From the IMG/VR virus record IMGVR_UViG_3300034411_000354, positions 1 through 57,028 of that record: 57,028 nucleotides of DNA. One strand, given 5' to 3'. Of this stretch, positions 27,309-34,565 are shown piece after piece. A model generated the notes under the pieces. It was given only the letters and a program-made list of their open reading frames with translations, searched no databases and was not told the origin of the DNA. The stretch comes from a virus. Lineage: Duplodnaviria > Caudoviricetes. How positions within the stretch are numbered: the stretch's first letter is position 1; each line of letters begins with the position of its first letter. Both the position numbers and the translations under genes were made by a program.

Positions 27309-27468
27309 CCCCGAACCGTGGTTCGTAAATCGTGTTTCACACCCCCTAAATCGCAGTAAACGGCCATCCGATTCGCGCTTCGCGCTCATCGGTCGGTTTT
27401 TCGGGTGTCTGGTTAATTCTGACCATTCGAATATTAGTTATAGTATTATTCCTTAGGAGGAACTCGCT

Positions 27469-27663
27469 ATGAGATATGCACCATTAAACCTGAACGTCGA
27501 GCCGTGGGACCAACTACCAGCAGAGCACGTCGCATCGGAGCTGGACTTCGGATACTTCGACCTGACGCAGGTAGCAGAAAGCATCGCAGGTGAGATCGAC
27601 ACCAACGATCTCCCGTGGAACTACAACCTCGACAGCTTCAACAAGCCAAGTGGCGCGCACTAA
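27469..27663 (+). CDS. Early acidic hypothetical protein
   Basis: 64 aa, AGGAGG RBS. Confidence 0.7.
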   Translation: MRYAPLNLNVEPWDQLPAEHVASELDFGYFDLTQVAESIAGEIDTNDLPWNYNLDSFNKPSGAH

Positions 27664-27685
27664 CCGCAGCTCGGCAGTAGACCAA

Positions 27686-27728
27686 GCCGATTTGGTAACC
27701 ACTTCGTGGTTACCGGTCGGTTTTTTTT
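27686..27728 (+). terminator. Intrinsic terminator-like hairpin
   Basis: CCGA..GGTAACCAC-TTC-GTGGTTACC..TCGG followed by T8. Confidence 0.75.
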
Positions 27729-27778
27729 ATGTCTTTGACATGTCGTCACTGACCAATTTTTCATCCTAGGAGGATGCT

Positions 27779-28447
27779 ATGAACAACGTAACTTTTATCG
27801 ACACCGTCATCACCAACATGTCTAGCAACAAGAACCGCAACGGTGCTATTGCCCGACTCGTTGACTCGCAAGACGCCCCGTTGAGCGCGAACCGTATTGC
27901 AATGGCGTGGGACGTACTGACCAAGAAGCGCAAGCAAGCCAACCTCGAAGCAATCCGCTCAGGAGTGCCTGCTCCAGCAATGACAGAGAAGCCAGAGCAC
28001 ATGTTGTCCTTTGTGCAGAACGTCATGAACACCAGCTGTTGGGCAGCACGCCGAGTACTTAACTCTGGCCTGCAGACAGACCTCGCCAACGGTATTGATT
28101 TCTCGCAAGACGTAGCGGCGCAGGCAGGCGACATCGAGTCCGCGCGATTTGCAGATATCGAAGTAACGCTCATGGATGACTTCGCAATCCTCAACGAGTT
28201 GCACTCGTGGTTGTGCAGCAACATGAACTACATGACCGACCTCGACCCGCTGTTTGTCTTCGCCGAGAAGGTAGAAGTAGAAGAAGGAGTGTGGGAGCAC
28301 GCACATATGTGCATGAGCTTCGACGATGTACTCCCAGTACTCGAGGAGAAAGCGCTAGAGCTTGCAGAGCAAGCAGACAGCAAGCAAACCGAGCACGCAG
28401 CAACGCATGTGTTCGGTGCCAAAGAACCAGAAAAGCAAGCCGCTTAA
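27779..28447 (+). CDS. Early hypothetical protein
   Basis: 222 aa, AGGAGG RBS, followed by a terminator. Confidence 0.85.
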   Translation: MNNVTFIDTVITNMSSNKNRNGAIARLVDSQDAPLSANRIAMAWDVLTKKRKQANLEAIRSGVPAPAMTEKPEHMLSFVQNVMNTSCWAARRVLNSGLQTDLANGIDFSQDVAAQAGDIESARFADIEVTLMDDFAILNELHSWLCSNMNYMTDLDPLFVFAEKVEVEEGVWEHAHMCMSFDDVLPVLEEKALELAEQADSKQTEHAATHVFGAKEPEKQAA

Positions 28448-28456
28448 GGTTCACAC

Positions 28457-28490
28457 GCCCATCTGGCCTTCGGGTCAGGTGGGTTTTTTT
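28457..28490 (+). terminator. Intrinsic terminator
   Basis: CCCATCTGGCC-TTCG-GGTCAGGTGGG followed by T7. Confidence 0.85.
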
Positions 28491-28557
28491 ATGTCAGCCA
28501 TAGCAGCACACGCCAGAACTAGCGGCGCTTGTGTGGCAGCAGAAGGAGAAAGCAAGG

Positions 28558-28746
28558 ATGACTCGCAAAGAAGCTCACAACATCAGAACGCAGATTTTTG
28601 TAGCCACGGAGCTGGTGACAGAAATGGTAGACGACTACCCAGAGTCAACGTCTGTCCAAGTAGCTGCATCGAAGCTTGAAGACGTGCAAGAGCTGCTTGA
28701 CATGTTCTTCAGCGGACTAATTTTCAGAGAGGACCGTAGGCCATGA
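28558..28746 (+). CDS. Early hypothetical protein
   Basis: AGGAG RBS, ATG 28558. First gene of a translationally coupled chain. Confidence 0.7.
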   Translation: MTRKEAHNIRTQIFVATELVTEMVDDYPESTSVQVAASKLEDVQELLDMFFSGLIFREDRRP

Positions 28747-29009
28747 ACCACGAATCGAAGCCAAAAAGCACGTTAGACGAGTTCATCGAGTGGGTGGACA
28801 CGTACCGCAGCTTCAAACATTACGACCACGAAGACCTCGTGAAAGAGTTCAACCCCAAAGCGGAGGTGTGGTTTGAGCAGAGGCAGTTTGACTCAGACCC
28901 CTATTACGGACGGCTGACCTTCATCAACTTCCCTGACGATTCAGAACTCGTCATTAACTACAAAGGCGAAGTGGAATTTAGCTACGAACCAATCAGGAGA
29001 GAAGCATGA
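28743..29009 (+). CDS. Early hypothetical protein
   Basis: 88 aa, ATGA-coupled. Confidence 0.7.
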   Translation: MNHESKPKSTLDEFIEWVDTYRSFKHYDHEDLVKEFNPKAEVWFEQRQFDSDPYYGRLTFINFPDDSELVINYKGEVEFSYEPIRREA

Positions 29010-29233
29010 AACACGTTTCGTACACCACGACCACTGGTACGTGGCCAGAAGACGACAGCTGGGAAATGTTCCCCAATCAACACGGTTTCGTTGATCTCAA
29101 TTTCAGGTTCGATGAGGACACCAACAAGTTAATGCTCGTTGTGTACCAGGCATCGGACTGCGGCAGGCAAACCAACGTCACAGACCCCGAAACATGGAGG
29201 GTCTTTGATCTAGTCGAGAGGACATCATCATGA
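29006..29233 (+). CDS. Early hypothetical protein
   Basis: 75 aa, ATGA-coupled. Confidence 0.7.
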   Translation: MKHVSYTTTTGTWPEDDSWEMFPNQHGFVDLNFRFDEDTNKLMLVVYQASDCGRQTNVTDPETWRVFDLVERTSS

Positions 29234-29514
29234 AAACAGCAGTGTATTGGGAATGGGAAGAAGCCTTCAGCAAATTTGGTTTTGACGACGGCGACGGACC
29301 TAATTTCACTCGCACAGTAGAAGAATTCTTATACGACATAGGGTGGAACGCTGAACCTGACGATTGGGGTATTCATAACTTCATGATCAAAGACATAACA
29401 GGCCCGAATAACGAAAAACCAATGATCGGCTACGTAGTTGGTTACGACTGCCCACGAACATACCTACCAACCGAACTTATAAAAGCTCTCGATGAAAAAT
29501 TTCCAAGAGGATAA
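29230..29514 (+). CDS. Early hypothetical protein
   Basis: 94 aa, W.EAF.KFGF.DGDG...WG+HN..I...GYD.PR.YLP. ATGA-coupled. Confidence 0.75.
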   Translation: MKTAVYWEWEEAFSKFGFDDGDGPNFTRTVEEFLYDIGWNAEPDDWGIHNFMIKDITGPNNEKPMIGYVVGYDCPRTYLPTELIKALDEKFPRG

Positions 29515-29517
29515 ATC

Positions 29518-29676
29518 ATGAACCGTCAAGAAATAACCAGAAAAGCAAAGCTGTATTCATTCATCGGGTTAGCGAAAACGTGTGAAGGCATGGAAAAGCT
29601 GACCAGGTGGGCAGGTAAACAATGCACCAACGCAGATATCTGGTTCACAGCGAAGTCTACCAAGTACAGGAGATAG
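29518..29676 (+). CDS. 52-aa hypothetical protein
   Basis: GAGG RBS, MNRQEITRKAK... Fills the gap in the chain and is below the track cutoff. Confidence 0.55.
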   Translation: MNRQEITRKAKLYSFIGLAKTCEGMEKLTRWAGKQCTNADIWFTAKSTKYRR

Positions 29677-29678
29677 CG

Positions 29679-29933
29679 ATGATTGGCACGCACCACGAAT
29701 GCGAGTTCCCGTTTGAAGAGATACGCGAGGTAAATGGTGATTACTTTCGCACGCGCGCAGCTGTCAAAAAAGCGGGATTTGAAGACTCTCAAACCTGGTC
29801 AGTAATCGAATGTGACGGCGCATATTCATTCGGACCGCCCCACCACTACGTGAATTTACTCGGGTACATCGCAACCACCGAGCATCACGACAACAACACC
29901 TACTACCACGAGCGAGCGGAGGACTACTCATGA
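29679..29933 (+). CDS. Early hypothetical protein
   Basis: AGGAG RBS before ATG 29679. WSV.E.D...G..H.VN.LGY..T motif. Confidence 0.7.
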   Translation: MIGTHHECEFPFEEIREVNGDYFRTRAAVKKAGFEDSQTWSVIECDGAYSFGPPHHYVNLLGYIATTEHHDNNTYYHERAEDYS

Positions 29934-30178
29934 AGTACTACATAGTTGAAGAGCACCAAACTTTCGCGCGCGTCGTGCAGACCCTGGGTAAATTCGCTGC
30001 GAAACAAGCACAACTGTCCAAAGACGGCACGCGATACAAGGTGTACCGCACTAAAGCTGCGTTCAAAGACGGCTTCGAATACACCAGCTACGAACTCATC
30101 GGCGGCAAGCTGAAGAAGACTAAGTCGCAGCCTATCGCCTACCTAAACCGACTACTACTAAGCAGGGAATCAGCATGA
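29930..30178 (+). CDS. Early hypothetical protein
   Basis: 82 aa, GGAGG RBS, ATGA-coupled. Confidence 0.7.
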   Translation: MKYYIVEEHQTFARVVQTLGKFAAKQAQLSKDGTRYKVYRTKAAFKDGFEYTSYELIGGKLKKTKSQPIAYLNRLLLSRESA

Positions 30179-30348
30179 ATCGCTACGAATGCATCGTAGA
30201 GCTGGGAAGACTCAACCCAGTGCGCTACGCCGAAAGCAAAGAGGAGTTCATCGAGAACCTGCTCAACGAATACAACCAAGCCTGCGACGGTCTGTTCTAC
30301 CTCGACCGCGCAGACATCAAAGACATTTGTGAGGAACCAGCCCCATGA
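30175..30348 (+). CDS. 57-aa hypothetical protein
   Basis: ATGA-coupled at both ends, MNRYECIVELG... Below the track cutoff. Confidence 0.6.
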   Translation: MNRYECIVELGRLNPVRYAESKEEFIENLLNEYNQACDGLFYLDRADIKDICEEPAP

Positions 30349-30491
30349 ACCGTATGCCGTGCAGCATTACCGACGACCCGTACAACGACTACTCAGATTA
30401 CATCGAGCAGAAAGGTGTCTACAAACCTTACCAGGAACCCGACGAGGACTATGAGTACGAGCGTCGGAGAGAGGAGCAAGACAATGACTGA
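30345..30491 (+). CDS. 48-aa acidic hypothetical protein
   Basis: MNRMPCSITDDPYNDY..., coupled to its neighbours. Confidence 0.55.
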   Translation: MNRMPCSITDDPYNDYSDYIEQKGVYKPYQEPDEDYEYERRREEQDND

Positions 30492-30615
30492 TGAAGAAAT
30501 CATCGACATGTTTGACACATACCCGAACCTCTTCTTGCACGAAATCGCTCAGATGGCGGGCAAGTCAGTAGAGGAACTAAAGAAAATCTTAATGAACAGC
30601 AGGAGATGGAACTAA
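30484..30615 (+). CDS. 43-aa small HTH-like protein
   Basis: GAGGAG RBS. MTDEEIIDMFD..PNL.L.EIAQMAGKSVEELKKIL. Confidence 0.6.
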   Translation: MTDEEIIDMFDTYPNLFLHEIAQMAGKSVEELKKILMNSRRWN

Positions 30616-30968
30616 TGTCCGCACTACAACTCAATTCTTTTTACGGCAGCCAGACATTCACCATGTGGTCACCTTTGACCAAAAGCGTTCTGACTGAAGG
30701 TACTTTATATGTAGCTGAAGAAGCAGGTGCTTACTGGTTGTTTGATGCAATCCAAGCACACATCGATTCCACCAAGGCTGACTGGGCTCAAACGATCCTC
30801 GAAGTCCACGAAGACGACAGCGCCACGCTGACAATGACGAACGGGAACGACGAACCGCTCAGCTCGCAGAAGATACCGTTCACCGACTTCCCCGAACCAA
30901 AGATAACAATCTGGTCTGTACGCAACGAGCTTGGTGCTCACACCCACATGCTGCCATCGGAGTATTAA
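30615..30968 (+). CDS. DUF6876-like protein
   Basis: LTEG..YVAE.AGAYWL.DAI...Q.I.FTDFP...MLPSEY signature. Confidence 0.75.
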   Translation: MSALQLNSFYGSQTFTMWSPLTKSVLTEGTLYVAEEAGAYWLFDAIQAHIDSTKADWAQTILEVHEDDSATLTMTNGNDEPLSSQKIPFTDFPEPKITIWSVRNELGAHTHMLPSEY

Positions 30969-30970
30969 TC

Positions 30971-31228
30971 ATGAACGAAATGACCCACAAGACCGTGCGC
31001 GTCGAAGCCACTATGCACACCAGTCTCTATATGTACATCAACGTCCCTATCGACACAGATGACGACACCGTATGGCAATACATCCGTGACGGAAACATCG
31101 ACGGCGGAAGCATGATCGAAGAAGAAGGCTATATGAGCGGGGGCTGGACATGGGAAGACCCCCACTGCGACTGGGATTTCGAAGAAAACGCAAAGGACGT
31201 ATCAGAGGAGATTAAAGACTATGAGTGA
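30971..31228 (+). CDS. Acidic hypothetical protein
   Basis: 85 aa, GGAG RBS. Confidence 0.7.
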   Translation: MNEMTHKTVRVEATMHTSLYMYINVPIDTDDDTVWQYIRDGNIDGGSMIEEEGYMSGGWTWEDPHCDWDFEENAKDVSEEIKDYE

Positions 31229-31415
31229 CACCACCCATTTACTACAACCTGTTGGGCTTGTTCATACACCTAAAGACTTGGACGAGCTTCAAAAATACAT
31301 CAACCAGTTTAATGGAGGAGAAGCCGTTGTTGCCTTCACCTGTGCCTATATGGCCTGGAACTTGGCAGCCAAACTCACCAACCCAGAAGGGAGAACAGCA
31401 AATGAACATGCCTGA
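31221..31415 (+). CDS. Hypothetical protein
   Basis: 64 aa, GAGGAG RBS, overlaps its neighbours. Confidence 0.65.
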   Translation: MSDTTHLLQPVGLVHTPKDLDELQKYINQFNGGEAVVAFTCAYMAWNLAAKLTNPEGRTANEHA

Positions 31416-31758
31416 AACTGACTTCATGTTTGAGTTTAAAAAATTCCTAGATAACCACGTAGACATTCGGTTCCAAGAACACGAGCGTGACAACGATTCA
31501 ACAACCGACGACTACTCAAGTGGCCTCGAATCGCGAATCGATGACATCGAAACACAAGCCACAGATCACGAAGATCGTATCGATATGCTTGATGGTTTCA
31601 CTGAAGAATTCCAAGCGTATGAAGACCGCATATTCGCACTCGAAACGAAGCTCAGCCAACTAGACGACATCAACAACATACTTGAAAGAAAGATCCAGCA
31701 GCTATTGCAGATGAATCGTATCAAGTTGTACCTGGCTTCAGCAGCGCCGACTGACTAA
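31402..31758 (+). CDS. Coiled-coil hypothetical protein
   Basis: GGGAG RBS before ATG 31402. Heptad LESRIDDIE...EDRI repeats. Confidence 0.7.
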   Translation: MNMPETDFMFEFKKFLDNHVDIRFQEHERDNDSTTDDYSSGLESRIDDIETQATDHEDRIDMLDGFTEEFQAYEDRIFALETKLSQLDDINNILERKIQQLLQMNRIKLYLASAAPTD

Positions 31759-31809
31759 TACTTGAGCTAATATATTAGCTTTGATACTATTTCGCTCTAC
31801 TAGGAGAGT

Positions 31810-32133
31810 ATGATGAGTATAGATAAAGCAACGCCTGCTGAGTGGAATCAAGCTGGCAACAAAGTATACATCGACCCGTACGACGCCCCACCCGCCCCTA
31901 CTGCACCCAAAAATGATCCAGTAAATCGTCCAGCGCATTACAACGTGGGCACGATTGAATGCATTGACTACCTAAAAGACAGCTTAGGTGATGGGTTCAA
32001 AGCATACCTTGAAGGTTCAGTTAAGAAATACCTTCACCGATATCGCTACAAAAACAAACCTATAGAAGATCTGCGCAAAGCGAAGTGGTACATCGATCGC
32101 TTAATTCAGGAAGAGCTCAACGCTGAACAATGA
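31810..32133 (+). CDS. DUF3310 / T7 gp1.7-like nucleotide kinase domain protein
   Basis: DPVN.P.HY..G.IECID....G...G..KYL.RY..K...EDL.KA.WY. Confidence 0.9.
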   Translation: MMSIDKATPAEWNQAGNKVYIDPYDAPPAPTAPKNDPVNRPAHYNVGTIECIDYLKDSLGDGFKAYLEGSVKKYLHRYRYKNKPIEDLRKAKWYIDRLIQEELNAEQ

Positions 32134-32330
32134 ACACATTGTTCACTGATGTTGATGCAGCTATCGAAGAAGCGCATTTCATCCAGCATGAGCTAAAGAA
32201 AACCGCGCATATCCTGCTGGATACCGACAACCAACTGCATGTCGTCACGAATGACCAGTACATGCGACCGTCATGGGAGACATTCAGAGTCATAGAAACA
32301 TTTCGCCGAGGAGGGTGGTATGAAGACTAA
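32130..32330 (+). CDS. Hypothetical protein
   Basis: 66 aa, coupled. Confidence 0.7.
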   Translation: MNTLFTDVDAAIEEAHFIQHELKKTAHILLDTDNQLHVVTNDQYMRPSWETFRVIETFRRGGWYED

Positions 32331-32511
32331 TGAATATTTTAACGAGCTTAAGAAGCTAGACACCGACCAGATACATCCTGAGTTCCATACCTATGCAACT
32401 GTATGGATCAGATCTCGGATGCCTGAGCGCTATCAAGAACTCAAAGCCGCGTTTCACAACTACGAAGGTGAGATCTACGCAGCGCAACAACACGAGGAGA
32501 TCGACTTCTAA
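32320..32511 (+). CDS. Hypothetical protein
   Basis: 63 aa, GGAGG RBS, coupled to the polymerase by TAATG. Confidence 0.7.
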   Translation: MKTNEYFNELKKLDTDQIHPEFHTYATVWIRSRMPERYQELKAAFHNYEGEIYAAQQHEEIDF

Positions 32512-34319
32512 TGATCGTTACCCTCGACTTTGAAACCTACTTCGACACCAAGGTGTCACTAACAAAACTAACAACAATGGATTACGTCCGGCACGAGCAG
32601 TTCAAAGTGTGGGGGGTAGGCATCAAAATAGATCATGGCGAAACCACCTGGTACGGTGAAGACGAAGTCGAGGACGCCATTGCAGAGATCGATTGGGACG
32701 ACGCAACGCTCATTTGCCACAACACCCCTTTCGACGGATACATCCTGACGCAATACTATCGCGTCATACCTAAATTCTACGTCGATACTGCTGCCATCAG
32801 TCGTGGCCTTTTCCCAGGGAAATCTGCATCACTGCGTGACACAGCAATACGCCTGTTCCCAGATGACGAGACAAAGCGAAAAGGTGACGAGCTCATTTCA
32901 GCTAAGGGTATCTATGACTTAGATCCTGAAACTGAGGAAGCCCTGGCTGGCTACTGTATCCAGGACGTCGAACTTACCTACGCAATCTATCGCAAGACAA
33001 TCAACGACATGCCATTGACTGAGCTAGAGCTCATCGACATGACGTGCCGTATGTTCTGCGAACCAAAACTAACCGTGGATCGTGAAGCGCTTATCGCTTT
33101 CCGTGATGCGGAGATCAATGCCAGTGAAGCAGCAATAGCTGCAGCTGGTATCGATCGCAAAGTGCTCAGTTCAAATCAACAGTTTGCTGAGTACATGCAG
33201 AATGATCTTCGGATCGTCCCACCTACCAAGATGAGTCCTACAACCGGCAACTCTATACCGGCCCTTGGTAAAAACGATAAAGCGTATCAACAGATGGTTG
33301 CAATGAACCCTCAACTGCAACATATCTGGGATGCTCGTACCGCTGCAAAGAGTCGCATTAATGAGACTAGGGCGCAGCGCTTTATCGACGCAACGCATGA
33401 CGACGGAACCATCAGTGTGCCTCTCAGGTATTACGCAGCTCACACTGGTCGATTCGGTGGTACTGAAAAACTGAACATGCAGAACATGCCGCGCAACTCT
33501 CCGTTGCGCAAAGCACTGCAAGCCCCTGACGGTAAGCTGGTCTTCGTTGCTGATCTATCAAACATCGAAGCCCGCATGCTTGCCTGGTTAGCAGATGAGC
33601 AAGATTTACTTCAGCAGTTCAGAGATGGCCAGGATATCTACAGCAACTTTGCTTCAGAGATCTATGGTAAGCCAATCAATAAGTACGACCACCCGACTGA
33701 AAGATTCGTAGGCAAGACCGCTATCCTGGGTCTTGGTTACGGCATGGGTGCAGGTAAGTTCAGAACTACCCTCGCTACCGGCGCAATGGGTCCGCCACTC
33801 AATATCAGTAACGACCGAGCGTTTAGCGTTGTTAGTTCGTACCGCAACTACTTCAGTGGCGTCCCTACCCTATGGGACAGACTCGAAACCAAACTGGTCT
33901 CGACTATCCAAGCCAATTATCACGAAGCATGGCGCTGTCTTACCTTTGCAAACCGGAAAATCATGCTACCTAACGGTATGTCACTCTGTTACGACCAGCT
34001 TGGTTACGATGATGCTGGGCAGCTGTCCTATGAGTCTCGTCACACTGAGACAACCTGGGGCGGGCGAATAACAGAAAACGTAGTACAAGCACTGTCGCGA
34101 ATCATCGTTACGGACGCAATGCTCCGCATCGATGCTGACAGAGACCTTGACGCCGATATAGTTCTCACCGTACACGATGAGATCGTTATTATTGGTAACG
34201 CTAATAACCCTGATGCTACAATGGCTAAGCTGATTGAGCATATGTGTGTGCCCCCACATTGGGCACCAGACCTCCCCCTCGATGCTGAGGGAGGGTACGA
34301 CAAGGGATACAGCAAATAA
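32511..34319 (+). CDS. polA: Family A DNA polymerase with 3'-5' exonuclease
   Basis: ExoI LDFET, ExoII HN..FD, ExoIII YC..D, HTGR, motif A DLSNIEAR, motif B R..GK...LGLGYG, motif C VHDE. Confidence 0.95.
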   Translation: MIVTLDFETYFDTKVSLTKLTTMDYVRHEQFKVWGVGIKIDHGETTWYGEDEVEDAIAEIDWDDATLICHNTPFDGYILTQYYRVIPKFYVDTAAISRGLFPGKSASLRDTAIRLFPDDETKRKGDELISAKGIYDLDPETEEALAGYCIQDVELTYAIYRKTINDMPLTELELIDMTCRMFCEPKLTVDREALIAFRDAEINASEAAIAAAGIDRKVLSSNQQFAEYMQNDLRIVPPTKMSPTTGNSIPALGKNDKAYQQMVAMNPQLQHIWDARTAAKSRINETRAQRFIDATHDDGTISVPLRYYAAHTGRFGGTEKLNMQNMPRNSPLRKALQAPDGKLVFVADLSNIEARMLAWLADEQDLLQQFRDGQDIYSNFASEIYGKPINKYDHPTERFVGKTAILGLGYGMGAGKFRTTLATGAMGPPLNISNDRAFSVVSSYRNYFSGVPTLWDRLETKLVSTIQANYHEAWRCLTFANRKIMLPNGMSLCYDQLGYDDAGQLSYESRHTETTWGGRITENVVQALSRIIVTDAMLRIDADRDLDADIVLTVHDEIVIIGNANNPDATMAKLIEHMCVPPHWAPDLPLDAEGGYDKGYSK

Positions 34320-34322
34320 GAA

Positions 34323-34514
34323 ATGTCTAGACTAGTCCTTACAAGGAAGATAGACGAATCAGTCATCCTACATGATGATGACGGCGTTCTGGCGAGAGTA
34401 AAAATCTCAAAGGTTGATAGGAATCAAGTCCGCCTCACCTTCGAAGCGGATAATAAGATCAAGATTGATCGACAGGAAGTATTCGACAAAGCGCATGACC
34501 TACAAAAAATTTAA
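34323..34514 (+). CDS. csrA: CsrA/RsmA-family RNA-binding protein
   Basis: LVLTRK..ES+.L.......V......QVRL.F.A...I.I.R.E. matches the CsrA fold pattern. Confidence 0.85.
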   Translation: MSRLVLTRKIDESVILHDDDGVLARVKISKVDRNQVRLTFEADNKIKIDRQEVFDKAHDLQKI

Positions 34515-34565
34515 CTATGCTGTTTTAGTACTTGTGCTAATATAGTTAGCTCTGTAGGAGGAGCC

